Numbered from the stretch's first letter, positions 19,495 through 28,895 are shown. The stretch: DNA of 64,000 bases from an uncultured bacterium (GCA_937951485.1 CALEDJ010000045.1:59356-123355), one strand, 5' to 3'. Numbers and translations: made by a program. Notes: a model not told the origin generated them from the sequence alone.

Positions 19495-20281
19495 GGGCGG
19501 GGGCGCCATGATCGGATGCGGCGCGGCGCGGGCCGATGATGGGGCTGAACCACTCGACGAATTGTTCCATCGCCTGAAGGGACACGGCGAAAAGGTCCGT
19601 GCCGTGGGCCGCGCCGGGGTAACTGCGCCACTCGCAATATCCTTCCGATGCCGCTTTCAATGCCGCGGCCGATTGCGCGGCATAGGCGTCGCCTTCCGCC
19701 GCCATCAGAAGCACGGGCCGCTCCTGCAGCGCGACCATGGCGTCTGCGGTCTTCACGCCGTGGTAGTCGAGTCCGGGCGAGATGGCGGCGACGGCCTGCA
19801 TGGCGGGGTCCTGCATGGCATAGCGCAGGGCGAGATTCGCGCCGATGCTTTCGCCGGCAATGGCAAGGTTGTTCGGGTCTGCGCCCGCGCGGGTCAAGGC
19901 GTCCTTGGCCCCTGCGGCGTCCAGGAGGGCGCGCTGCCAGTCCTGATCGCTGAAATGCCGAAAACTGAGACTGGCGTCACCGGCGCTTCGACTGCGGCCA
20001 TGGCCGCGCAGGTCAATTGCGATTGCCATGTAGCCTTCCGCGCAGAGGCGCTCGGCCATGGGCTTCCAGGAATGGCGGTCGGCCCCCGCGCGATGCAACA
20101 GGATAACGGCGGGGGGATTGACGGCGGCAGGCCGGTACAAGGTGGCGTGAATGGTCACCCCGTCGCTGGTTGAAAAGGAAAGGTCTTCGCGCGCGGCGCG
20201 CCCCGTCGGCGCGCCTGCGCCGCAGCCCGACACGCAACACGCCAGCAGGCACCCCCATGCTATCCATCCACTGCGCCGCAT
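19481..20281 (-). CDS. Alpha/beta hydrolase lipoprotein
   Basis: Lipobox VSGC; FSTSDG, IDLRGHGRS, nucleophile GESIG, AHGTDL. Confidence 0.8.
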   Translation of the reverse strand: MRRSGWIAWGCLLACCVSGCGAGAPTGRAAREDLSFSTSDGVTIHATLYRPAAVNPPAVILLHRAGADRHSWKPMAERLCAEGYMAIAIDLRGHGRSRSAGDASLSFRHFSDQDWQRALLDAAGAKDALTRAGADPNNLAIAGESIGANLALRYAMQDPAMQAVAAISPGLDYHGVKTADAMVALQERPVLLMAAEGDAYAAQSAAALKAASEGYCEWRSYPGAAHGTDLFAVSLQAMEQFVEWFSPIIGPRRAASDHGAPALTTP

Positions 20282-20348
20282 ATGCGCCATTGCCGCCAGA
20301 AAGAGAAAGGAGGGGCAGCCTTGCGGCGCCCCTCCCGGATAAGCCGAA

Positions 20349-20672
20349 TCAGCCGAGCGCAAAGACGCTCTGCAGTTTCATCGCAAGCGTCATGTCGCCC
20401 TGAATCTTCAGTTTGCCGGTCAAGAACGCCGTCTGGCCGTTCAGTTTCCCCGCGATCAGGTCCAGAAAATCCGCCGCCTTCATCGTCAGCACGATGCTGG
20501 GATTCTCCGCCGTCCCCTGCGCCACCGAAAGTTCGCCGTCCGCGACCTTCACGTTCCATTCGCCGCCGCCTTCTTCGGTGATGTTGAATTGATAGACGGC
20601 ATTCATTCCGGCGATCTTGCTCTTGTCCACCTTTGCCGCAACCTGATCAAAAAACTCCGCTACTGTTGCCAT
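20349..20672 (-). CDS. SCP2 sterol/lipid-binding domain protein
   Basis: YQFNI, GKLNGQTAFLTGKLKIQGDMTLAMKL; RBS GAGGAGG. Confidence 0.9.
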   Translation of the reverse strand: MATVAEFFDQVAAKVDKSKIAGMNAVYQFNITEEGGGEWNVKVADGELSVAQGTAENPSIVLTMKAADFLDLIAGKLNGQTAFLTGKLKIQGDMTLAMKLQSVFALG

Positions 20673-20922
20673 GATGCATGTCCCTCCTCGTTCCTGATAA
20701 GAACTTGAACCTTCTCCATTGTCTCCGCTGCGTATCATGTCCTGCGCGGACCACGCCCCATCCCGTCGCGCCGCCCGCTCATCGGCGGCGCAACCTTCCG
20801 CGCCGCCCGACAGCGTCCATTACCATAACACATGGGCGGGGCGCTGTCAAAGCCGCTGCCCGCCGGCGCGGTGCCGCCCGCGCTGCGCGGGCGATTGCGC
20901 CGGCGCTGAATGAAAATCGGGG

Positions 20923-21825
20923 TTATTGCTGGGCCGCGGCGGCGATTTCCCGGGCGAACTTTTCAAAATTTGTGACACATTCCGCCAAGTCGGGCAGCGA
21001 GTTTTCCCAATTGTGTTCGTACTCGGCGGAAAAGACGCCCTTGAAGCCCTGGCGGTGGATCTCTTCGAGCAGCGCCTTCACGTTGGCCTTGCCCGTACCC
21101 CACGGCACATCATGGGCGCGCGGGTCCATATCGTTCAGGTCCTTGAAATGGAAGGAAATGATGCGCCCCTCCAGTTTCTTGATGGCTTCCAGCGGGTCGA
21201 TGCCGGAACGCATCCAGTGGCCGGTATCGGCGCAGGCGCCCAGGCGTTTGCTGCGGCCTTCGACCACCTCCAGCACGCGGTCGGGATTCCAATAAACGGA
21301 AGGCTTGGGGTGGTTGTGGATGGCTACGTTGATTTCATACTCGTCGGCCAATTTCTCGATCAGATCGAACGCCGCTTTGGGGGGTTCGGAACAGATCGTC
21401 TCGATGCCCATCGCCTTGGCGAACTCAAAAACCTTGCGCGCCTCCTCCTCGTTGTTCGGCAGGCCGACCACGCCGTAGTTGACCAGTTTCACGTTGGCCG
21501 AGGCGAGTTTGTCGAGCACGGTCTTCTGCAGTTCGGCGGGCATGTTGTGGTCGAATTTCACGTCCTCCGGCATGTCGGGGCTGAGCCGCTGGCCGGGATA
21601 GGCTTCGATCCAATTCAGGCCGAGCGAAGCGGTTTTTTCCACCGCCTCATAAAACGTGAAGCGGTTGAAGGTGTAGGCCTGGCAGCCCAAACGCCAACCC
21701 AAGGCCTCGGCGGTCGGAGCGCCCTCGGCGACCTTATCCTGCGCGGCCGCCTGGCCGTCCGGGCAAAAGGCCGCCCCCGCCCCAAGAAGCATGGCAATCA
21801 TGGCAATCGTGGTCATCCTTTTCAT
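20923..21825 (-). CDS. Secreted sugar phosphate isomerase/epimerase
   Basis: Signal peptide; LGCQAYTF, IEAYPG, AIHNH, CADTGHW, FHFKD, AEYE; RBS AAAGGA. Confidence 0.88.
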   Translation of the reverse strand: MKRMTTIAMIAMLLGAGAAFCPDGQAAAQDKVAEGAPTAEALGWRLGCQAYTFNRFTFYEAVEKTASLGLNWIEAYPGQRLSPDMPEDVKFDHNMPAELQKTVLDKLASANVKLVNYGVVGLPNNEEEARKVFEFAKAMGIETICSEPPKAAFDLIEKLADEYEINVAIHNHPKPSVYWNPDRVLEVVEGRSKRLGACADTGHWMRSGIDPLEAIKKLEGRIISFHFKDLNDMDPRAHDVPWGTGKANVKALLEEIHRQGFKGVFSAEYEHNWENSLPDLAECVTNFEKFAREIAAAAQQ

Positions 21826-22057
21826 GGGTAGTCCTTTCCTGATGCGCGTTTTCATCATCCATCCGAGGGCGATGCGGCGTAGCCCCGCTCCTCCCGCCGG
21901 AAATCCCTTTTTCCTGTGGCCGCCGCGCCCATGCGGCGGCTTTCCTTTTAATCCCTGGGTTGTCCGCAAGGTTGCCTTTGGCGCGTCGCGCCGAAGGCGG
22001 ACAAAGCGCCTTTCATGTTCCCATATTCCCAGGGTGCGGCGCAAACCGCCGGGGAAC

Positions 22058-22109
22058 CGGCAAGATGCCGCATCTGCGTTGACGAAAAAGTGGATGCGGC
22101 ATCTTGCCG
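22058..22109. repeat. REP-like inverted pair
   Basis: CGGCAAGATGCCGCATC (22058-22074) and GATGCGGCATCTTGCCG (22093-22109) form a perfect 17-bp IR; related GCGGCATCCTGCCGC near 2040. Confidence 0.75.
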
Positions 22110-22208
22110 TATTCTTTGCGTGCGGACTTGGGGAGGCACGCGGACCGATATGGACGAACATGGACAGGGCGCCGAGGCTGATGCCAACGTTCCGTGCCGA
22201 TGCCCCGC

Positions 22209-22237
22209 TTGAAAGCCTTTGGAAGGGGTCGTATACT
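22209..22237 (+). promoter_or_regulatory. Putative sigma70 promoter for the epimerase gene
   Basis: TTGAAA, 17 nt, TATACT. Confidence 0.55.
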
Positions 22238-22267
22238 GCCGTCAATCAAGCCGCAACAGAAGGATGG

Positions 22268-22575
22268 GTAACATTTCAGCCGACTGGTGTAACCTTTCGA
22301 ATCAACACACATAACGAGACATTTGCGAAATGGACTGTTTTCGATCATAAGAACACGAAATATCCTGGTTTTTGGCCGGGACTCAGGTCCCTGACACCTG
22401 TTTTGCAAATGCCTCATGACATTTTCTTTTCGTCATTGCGAGCGGTGAGGCGCACTGCGCCGCTGAGCGAAGCATTGTGGGGCGCACTGTGTATCCGGAT
22501 TGCCGCCCTGCGCTTCACTGCGACCGCGATGACGGCGTTATGCGTAGTGGTTAGTTCAGTCGGCTGAAATGTTAC
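22268..22575. mobile_element. 308-bp MITE-like element with perfect 19-bp terminal inverted repeats
   Basis: GTAACATTTCAGCCGACTG (22268-22286) and CAGTCGGCTGAAATGTTAC (22557-22575); internal palindromes; homologous inverted copy at 41075-41221; no coding capacity. Confidence 0.7.
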
Positions 22576-22590
22576 AAATATGGAGGTACC

Positions 22591-23583
22591 ATGCGCGCAT
22601 TGGTGACGGGCGGGGCGGGGTTTATCGGGTCGCATTTGTGCGAGGCGCTGGTGGCGCGGGGCGACACCGTGTCTGTGCTGGACGACCTGAGCACGGGGCG
22701 CTTTGAGAACATCGAGCATATTCCCGGCATCGAGTGTGTCATTGATTCCACGATGAACCAGGAGATCGTGCGCGACATGGTGCGCGCCGTGGATGTCGTT
22801 TATCATCTGGGCGCGACGGTCGGCGTGCAACTCGTGGTGAATGACCCCATCCACACCATTGTCAACAACATCTGGGGCACTGAAATCGTTTTGGAGGAAA
22901 CCTGCCGCTACCGGCGCAAACTCCTGATCACCTCGACCAGCGAGGTCTATGGCAAAGGCTCCCGGGAGGTCTTTCAGGAAGACGACGACCGGGTCATCGG
23001 CCCGACGAACCGGCACCGCTGGTGCTATGCCGCCTCCAAGGCGATTGACGAGTTTCTCGCCTTTGCCTACTGGCGTGAAAAGCGGCATCCGGTCGTCATC
23101 GCGCGGCTCTTCAACACCGTCGGCCCGCGCCAGACCGGCCGATACGGCATGGTCATTCCGACCTTTGTCACCCAGGCGCTCCGCAATGAGCCGCTGACCG
23201 TTTTCGGCGACGGCAAGCAGTCGCGATGCTTCACCTACGTCGGCGACGTCGTGCCCGCGCTCATTCAATTGATGGACCGTTCCGAAGTCAACGGCAATGT
23301 GTACAATATCGGCAGCACAATGCGCGTCACCATCGAGGACCTGGCGCGGCGCATCATCGAACGCACCGGCAGCAGTTCCACCATCAAGTACATCCCCTAC
23401 GAGGAGGTTTACGGCGAGGGCTACGAGGACATGCGCCACCGCGAACCGTGCCTGAAGAGAATCCAGGCGGCCATCGGCTATGAACCCAAGACCTCCCTCG
23501 ATGAAATCATAGACTCCGTCATTGCGGACATCCGCCCCCGTCTCCACCGGCAAGCCATCGAAAACCGCCCGGCATATCCCTGA
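22591..23583 (+). CDS. NAD-dependent nucleotide-sugar epimerase/dehydratase
   Basis: ALVTGGAGFIGSHL, TSTSEVYG, YAASK, RLFNTVGPRQ, GDGKQSRCF; RBS GGAGG. Confidence 0.93.
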   Translation: MRALVTGGAGFIGSHLCEALVARGDTVSVLDDLSTGRFENIEHIPGIECVIDSTMNQEIVRDMVRAVDVVYHLGATVGVQLVVNDPIHTIVNNIWGTEIVLEETCRYRRKLLITSTSEVYGKGSREVFQEDDDRVIGPTNRHRWCYAASKAIDEFLAFAYWREKRHPVVIARLFNTVGPRQTGRYGMVIPTFVTQALRNEPLTVFGDGKQSRCFTYVGDVVPALIQLMDRSEVNGNVYNIGSTMRVTIEDLARRIIERTGSSSTIKYIPYEEVYGEGYEDMRHREPCLKRIQAAIGYEPKTSLDEIIDSVIADIRPRLHRQAIENRPAYP

Positions 23584-23653
23584 CTGGAAATCAAGAATGG
23601 GTACCACTTCAGCGCAATGGGCCAAACTGTCGGGTCATGCCATATGGCCTTTT

Positions 23654-23887
23654 ACATCCCCCGGCGCTTCGCGCCACCCCCTTCAAAGGGGGATTCATAG
23701 ATACGCAGGGTGTATGTATGTTCTGTCACGATCTTTGTGCCACCGCCTTCCAAGGGGGACTCTCAGGGCGGCTTTGTGCAACGTCGCATCTCTTAAGAGC
23801 ACTCTTTTCCATGGGCATACAGGTCCTCTTTGGATATGGCAATTAAATCCCCCTTTGAAGGGGGTGGCGCGAAGCGCCGGGGGATGT
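23654..23887. repeat. Perfect 42-bp inverted repeat (REP/MITE-like) enclosing 150 bp
   Basis: ACATCCCCCGGCGCTTCGCGCCACCCCCTTCAAAGGGGGATT (23654-23695) and its exact reverse complement (23846-23887); partial copy at 63136-63173. Confidence 0.88.
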
Positions 23888-24002
23888 TGTATATATAAAC
23901 GCTCCCAAGCATCTTGTGCCTGTTTCCTGACACATGGAACGGCATCATGATTTTCCGAATAAACGACGAAAAACTGCGCCATTCAATTAAAGAGTTAAAA
24001 AA

Positions 24003-24590
24003 ATGGGAATCCTGAGTGGGCGCATCCGACGTCAACGCATGATGATGGCGGCGCCGTATATCCGGGGGGCGGTGCTGGACTTGGGCTGCGGCGAAGCGGC
24101 CATGCTGGAACTTTTCGGCGACCGCATGGAATCCTACACCGGCGTCGAGCAGGCGCCGGGGCGCGCCCGCAAACTCGCCAAACGCCATCCCGGCCACGTG
24201 TTTGTGCACCGCGACCTGGACGACGACCCGTTGGGCTTCGAAGCGCAATTCGATGTGGCGCTGCTGATCGCCGTGATCGAGCATGTGTACAACCAGAAGC
24301 ATCTGTTCCGCGAAGTGGTGCACGCGCTTAAGCCCGATGGACGCATCGTCATCACCACGCCCACCCCGTTCGGCAATGACGTGGCGCACTGGATCGGCGC
24401 GCGGCTCGGTCTCTTCTCGCCCGGCGCGGCGGACGACCACGTGGTGATTTACAACCGCAGACGCTTCGAGATTCTGGCGCGGGATTTCGGACTGGAACTG
24501 GAACGGTACCAGCGGTTCCAGTGCGGCTGCAACCAACTGGCCGTGCTCCGGCGCAAAGCGCCGGACCCGCCACGGGATGCGCGGCCATGA
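24003..24590 (+). CDS. Class I SAM-dependent methyltransferase
   Basis: VLDLGCG, VIEHV, LKPDGRIVITTP. Confidence 0.88.
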   Translation: MGILSGRIRRQRMMMAAPYIRGAVLDLGCGEAAMLELFGDRMESYTGVEQAPGRARKLAKRHPGHVFVHRDLDDDPLGFEAQFDVALLIAVIEHVYNQKHLFREVVHALKPDGRIVITTPTPFGNDVAHWIGARLGLFSPGAADDHVVIYNRRRFEILARDFGLELERYQRFQCGCNQLAVLRRKAPDPPRDARP

Positions 24591-25447
24591 CCCCGCAGAT
24601 CAGCGTGATCATCCCCTCGTACAATCCCGATGCGGCGCTGCTCGATCGCCTGTACCGGTCGCTGCTGGCGCAGCGTTTCGCGGATTTTGAGGCGATCCTG
24701 GTGGATGACGGGTCCGACCGCGCCGATTATGCCGCCATCGCCGACCCGCGTTTCCGAATCCTGCGCCAACCGCAGCATCGCGGCCCCGCCGCATGCCGCA
24801 ACGCCGGCGCGGCGGCCGCGCAAAGTCCGTATCTCTTCTTCACCGACACAGACTGCGAACTGCACCCCGACACCCTCGCCCATGCCGTCCGCGTCATCCC
24901 CGATGAGGATGCCGTCGCGGGCAACACGATCACGCGGGTGGAAACGAGATTCGGGCGCGCCGTCGCGCTCCTGGGATTCCCCGGCGGCGGCATCCTCGGC
25001 TTTGACCGCGTGTGGCGCGTGGACCCCGACGGCCGCGCCTACAGTTTCAGCAGTTGCAACCTCGCCATCAAACGCGACGTCTTCGACGCGATGGGGGGCT
25101 TCGATGAGAGTTTCCCCGTCGCCGGCGGCGAAGATACTGTGCTGGCGCGGCGCATGGTCGAAGCGGGCCGCCGCATCCGCTATCTGCCCGAACAGATCGT
25201 GTGCCATGTGGAAAAGAGCCGCCTGCGCGACTTCATCCGCTGGCAGATCACGCGGGGGCGCGGCAATTACCACATCCGCCGGAAAGTGGGCCGCGTCGGC
25301 GGCTATCTGCGCCTGCGCGTGTGGACCTTCAAGAACAGTCTGCTGCGCGCCGGGCCGCGCTATGCTCCCGTCGTGATCGCGCTCATCGCGCTTTCCGTCC
25401 TGCTCCAGACCTGGGGCTATCGCCTGGAACGCAGACACGCAAAATAA
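24587..25447 (+). CDS. Glycosyltransferase family 2
   Basis: ISVIIPSYN, VDDGS, GPAACRNAG, FTDTDC (DxD), GGFDE, GED; ATGA overlap with the methyltransferase. Confidence 0.92.
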   Translation: MTPQISVIIPSYNPDAALLDRLYRSLLAQRFADFEAILVDDGSDRADYAAIADPRFRILRQPQHRGPAACRNAGAAAAQSPYLFFTDTDCELHPDTLAHAVRVIPDEDAVAGNTITRVETRFGRAVALLGFPGGGILGFDRVWRVDPDGRAYSFSSCNLAIKRDVFDAMGGFDESFPVAGGEDTVLARRMVEAGRRIRYLPEQIVCHVEKSRLRDFIRWQITRGRGNYHIRRKVGRVGGYLRLRVWTFKNSLLRAGPRYAPVVIALIALSVLLQTWGYRLERRHAK

Positions 25448-25568
25448 CCCGGACCGGCGGCAATGTGTCGTCCGCCTGAAGCCGCCGCGCGGCGACCGGG
25501 CACTTCACCTGCTCGACGATCTGCAGGCAGATGGGCTTGGGGCCGCCCGGATGGATGTGAATCTGCAT
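25446..25568 (-). pseudogene. Truncated YtrA-type GntR regulator remnant
   Basis: MQIHIHPGGPKPICLQIVEQVKCPVAARRLQADDTLPPVR resembles the YtrA N-terminus (PIY.QI..Q.K..VA...L.....LP.VR); similarity ends before the HTH, at the GT2 stop. Confidence 0.65.
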
Positions 25569-25588
25569 GGCGCATCCAATCGCATTAA

Positions 25589-25608
25589 CGTATGAATATA
25601 TTAATACA
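25589..25608 (-). promoter_or_regulatory. Putative YtrA-type operator palindrome
   Basis: TGTATTAATATATTCATACG (GTAT-N10-ATAC), 20 nt upstream of the GntR remnant start. Confidence 0.5.
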
Positions 25609-25781
25609 ATCAGATTTATATGGCAAGTACTTTTCTGCACGCGTGCCCAAGCGCCGTCGCGGGCGGCGGGTTTTATTGGAATGGGGGTGCGGCGTCGTGA
25701 TAAACTACCGTCGCAGTTCGGGATCATTCGTTTTTCCCGAAATATTCCCCCGCAGTCGGTATTTACAGGAGAAAGCGCACC

Positions 25782-26819
25782 ATGCCACTTGTACCCATGC
25801 GTCAGATATTGGATGAGGCCGCGAAGGGCGGCTATGGGGTTGGCGCATTCAACGTCAACAACATGGAACAGATTCAGGCGATCATGCAGGCCGCGAACGA
25901 CACAAACAGCCCGGTGATCATCCAGGCGAGTCGCGGCGCGCTGAAATACAGCAAGATGATCTACCTCAAGAAACTGATGGAGGCGGCGGTGGAGGAATAT
26001 CCGCACATTCCCGTGGCGTTGCACCTGGATCACGGCAACAGCGTGGAAACCTGCAAGATGGCGATTGACCTGGGTTTCACGTCGGTGATGATGGACGGGT
26101 CGCTGGCGGAGGACGGCAAGACGCCCAACAGTTACGAGAAAAACGTGGAGGTGACGCGGGCGGTGGTGGAACTGGCGCATCCGCTTGGCGTGACGGTGGA
26201 GGGTGAGTTGGGCTGTCTGGGCGGCATCGAGGACGGCCACGGCGCAGGGCTTTCTGACGAAGCGGTGAAAGACCACCTTACCGACCCGGCGCAGGCGGAA
26301 GATTTCGTGAAACAGACAGGGGTGGACGCGCTGGCGGTCGCCATCGGCACGAGCCACGGCGCCTACAAGTCGGGCCGGAAAGACCCGAAAACCGGCGAAG
26401 TGCTTCCGCCGACGCTGGCCATGGACCGCATCCACGAAATCCACAAGCGCATGCCGCACTGCCACATGGTGATGCACGGCTCCAGTTCGGTCCCGCAGGA
26501 ACTGGTGGACATCATCAACAAGTACGGCGGCAAAATGCCCGGCACTTTCGGCATCCCGATCGAGCAGATTCAAGACGGCATCAAACACGGCGTGCGCAAA
26601 ATCAACGTGGACACCGACAGCCGCCTGGCGATTACCGGGGCGATTCGCAAAGTCTTCGCGGAGCAACCGGAAAAATTCGATCCCCGCGACTACCTCAAGC
26701 CTGCGCGCGAGGCTGCCTATCAGGTGTATCTTGCGCGGATGAAAGCCTTCGGCCAGGCGGGCCACGCCGGCGACTACAAACCCATGACCCTGGACGAGAT
26801 TAAAACAATCTACCGATGA
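25782..26819 (+). CDS. fba: Fructose-bisphosphate aldolase class II
   Basis: GAFNVNNMEQ, LHLDHG, SVMMDGS, EGELG, AIGTSHGAYK, VMHGSS, KINVDTD, FDPR. Confidence 0.96.
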   Translation: MPLVPMRQILDEAAKGGYGVGAFNVNNMEQIQAIMQAANDTNSPVIIQASRGALKYSKMIYLKKLMEAAVEEYPHIPVALHLDHGNSVETCKMAIDLGFTSVMMDGSLAEDGKTPNSYEKNVEVTRAVVELAHPLGVTVEGELGCLGGIEDGHGAGLSDEAVKDHLTDPAQAEDFVKQTGVDALAVAIGTSHGAYKSGRKDPKTGEVLPPTLAMDRIHEIHKRMPHCHMVMHGSSSVPQELVDIINKYGGKMPGTFGIPIEQIQDGIKHGVRKINVDTDSRLAITGAIRKVFAEQPEKFDPRDYLKPAREAAYQVYLARMKAFGQAGHAGDYKPMTLDEIKTIYR

Positions 26820-26843
26820 CCTGTTGAGACGGCATTCTGTGCG

Positions 26844-26884
26844 CGCCGCCCATCGGCAATGCGTTGCGGTGGGCGGCGTTTTCT
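26844..26884 (+). terminator. Rho-independent terminator after fba
   Basis: Stem CGCCGCCCATCG...CGGTGGGCGGCG followed by TTTTCT. Confidence 0.75.
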
Positions 26885-26902
26885 GTTAACGCCCCCGCTG
26901 TC

Positions 26903-27016
26903 TCACCGGCCCACAAGGTAGGAGATAAGGGCGATGATCGGCATCATAACGGTCAGCACCAGGGTCAGAACCAGCGATCCGCCCCAGAGATAAAACACAA
27001 ACTCGACGTTTTCCAC
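26903..27016 (-). CDS. Putative 37-aa single-TM small protein
   Basis: GGAGG 8 nt before a GTG start; MENVEFVFYLWGGSLVLTLVLTVMMPIIALISYLVGR. Confidence 0.45.
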   Translation of the reverse strand: MENVEFVFYLWGGSLVLTLVLTVMMPIIALISYLVGR

Positions 27017-27505
27017 TCCTTCATCCTCCGATGGTATGAACATGCCTCGCACGCAATCGGCGTCCATCGATATACAGCGAAATGCCCGATGACTTTCCGG
27101 CGGCCGTGCCATTATATCAGACGGGAAAAATGTGACGCATCAGTCGAATGCTGGAACGTGTTTTGGTTTGTTTCGACTATCATGAACCCGTTTTATGTCT
27201 GGGGAAACAAGCACATGATGTAGATTCCCCGGCGCGAAGCGCGGGGGGCTAAGAGGCCATATCGTGCGCCCGGAAGATGCATTCCATTGCGCAAAAGTGC
27301 TACCAAGGTTCCTTTTCCGGTGACGGATTTGAATAAGACGCAAGCAACCAAGGCTCCGACTCGGTCGGATTCGGATGGATCATACCGGCCCGACCAACCG
27401 AGATCGCCCTTGTGTATTGTGCGTCCGGGGCGATAAGATAAGGGGGACAGTGTTGAATGAACGAAAATGATGCGGCCCGCTGGGGTCGATCCAGGGAGAC
27501 GGATC

Positions 27506-28432
27506 ATGCGAAAGATGGCGGCAGTGCTGGCATTGACGGCGTTGGTCGTCGGCGGGATGGCGGCGCGGGCGGAGACGTTCACGGCGCGGGTGACGGGGGT
27601 GGCGGCGGGCGACCTGGTCACGGTGAAGCAGGGCGACAACGAACGGGAACTGCGGCTTTACGGGGTGGCGTGTCCGGAGCCGGGGCAGCCGTATGCCGCC
27701 GAGGCGAAGGCGTTCACCGAAAAACGCGCGCTGGACAGGGAGGTTTCGGTGGAAGTCAGGGCGACGGACAACGAGGGACGGGCCGTCGCCATGATCATTC
27801 TGCCGGACTATGTGAATCTCAATCATGCGCTGGTGCAGGCGGGGCTGGCGTGGTGGGACCAGGACAATGTGCCGAAGGATGCGGCGCTGAAAAGCCTGAA
27901 CGCAAAGGCCATTGCCGCGCAGGCGGGCCTGTGGAGCGATGCGGCGCCGCTCTCGCCGGCGGATTACCGCCGCAGCAAGGGGCTTGAACCCGTTGTGTAC
28001 GCGCAGGCTGGTGAGGCGGTCGCCGCCGCGCCGCAGAAGACCGAATCGGCGGAGGAAGAGCCGAAATCCATCAGCGCCAAGGGGGACGCCGTGTATACGG
28101 GCGGCCGGGTTGTCAATGTCGGCGACATCAAGTTCGACAAGGAACTCACCGAGGCCGACGGGCTGGCGCTGTTGTCAAAACACATGCCGACCGTGGCCAC
28201 CGACGCCAACGGCAACCCGATCGGGCTGGCGGTGCCGAACATCAGCCAGATTCCCTACGCCTCCGCGCTCGGTTTCCAGGACGGCGACATCATCGCCGGC
28301 GTCAACGGGGAACCCCTCACCAATATGAACCAGATTATGGGCATGATCGAACGTCACAAGAACAGCAAGACCCTGAACGTGCAGATCATTCGGGGCGGAC
28401 GCCCGGAAACTGTCACGTTCAACATTCCCTGA
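27506..28432 (+). CDS. Secreted thermonuclease (SNase)-like domain fused to a PDZ domain
   Basis: Signal peptide; SNase pattern V..V.AGDL..V, RLYGVACPE..QPY, LVQAGLAW, GLW; C-terminal PDZ LGFQDGDIIAGVNG...IIRGG. Confidence 0.8.
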   Translation: MRKMAAVLALTALVVGGMAARAETFTARVTGVAAGDLVTVKQGDNERELRLYGVACPEPGQPYAAEAKAFTEKRALDREVSVEVRATDNEGRAVAMIILPDYVNLNHALVQAGLAWWDQDNVPKDAALKSLNAKAIAAQAGLWSDAAPLSPADYRRSKGLEPVVYAQAGEAVAAAPQKTESAEEEPKSISAKGDAVYTGGRVVNVGDIKFDKELTEADGLALLSKHMPTVATDANGNPIGLAVPNISQIPYASALGFQDGDIIAGVNGEPLTNMNQIMGMIERHKNSKTLNVQIIRGGRPETVTFNIP

Positions 28433-28895
28433 GCGCGTTCCTGACAGCGCCGGCACCGCGCATCGTCACATTTTTCCGGGGTGGGCGCAGCCCATATCGG
28501 TGCTTATGGGAACAGGAAAGTAAAAGCGGAAGCATGGCTTCCGCACGCCGTAAAGGTCAACGTGCGCAAGCCGCGCTTACGCTTTCTCTTTCACGATCGT
28601 CGAGACTCCCCTGTTTTGGGTTCTTCGGATGCGTATGAGCATTGTTCTGCAATCCCTTCCGGGCATTTGCGCAGGCGCCATTCTCCAGCCTTTTCGGATG
28701 TCTTGCGCGCAATTCCTGGACATGGCCGGATACCACGTTTTCTTTGCGCTTCTTTTGTCGGGCCGTCGTGGCGTGGTATGATCGCGGCTGGTATTCCCGC
28801 CTGGCGGGGGCGTCGCCCTGTCGCAACTTTTTCCCAAGGGTTTGTGGACTGGATTGCGCAATCGTTGAGAAATCCAGTGCACAAAGGAATGGCGC

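Noticed and set aside
21826-22567. ORFs 21791-22567 (+) and the N-terminal extension of 20923-22245 (-)
   Set aside because: They run through REP and MITE sequence with atypical composition; the real start is 21825 with an RBS and signal peptide
22265-22578. Integron attC site (TAAC...GTTA ends)
   Set aside because: 308 bp is far longer than attC sites, the ends do not fit RYYYAAC/GTTRRRY well, and there is no integrase or cassette array
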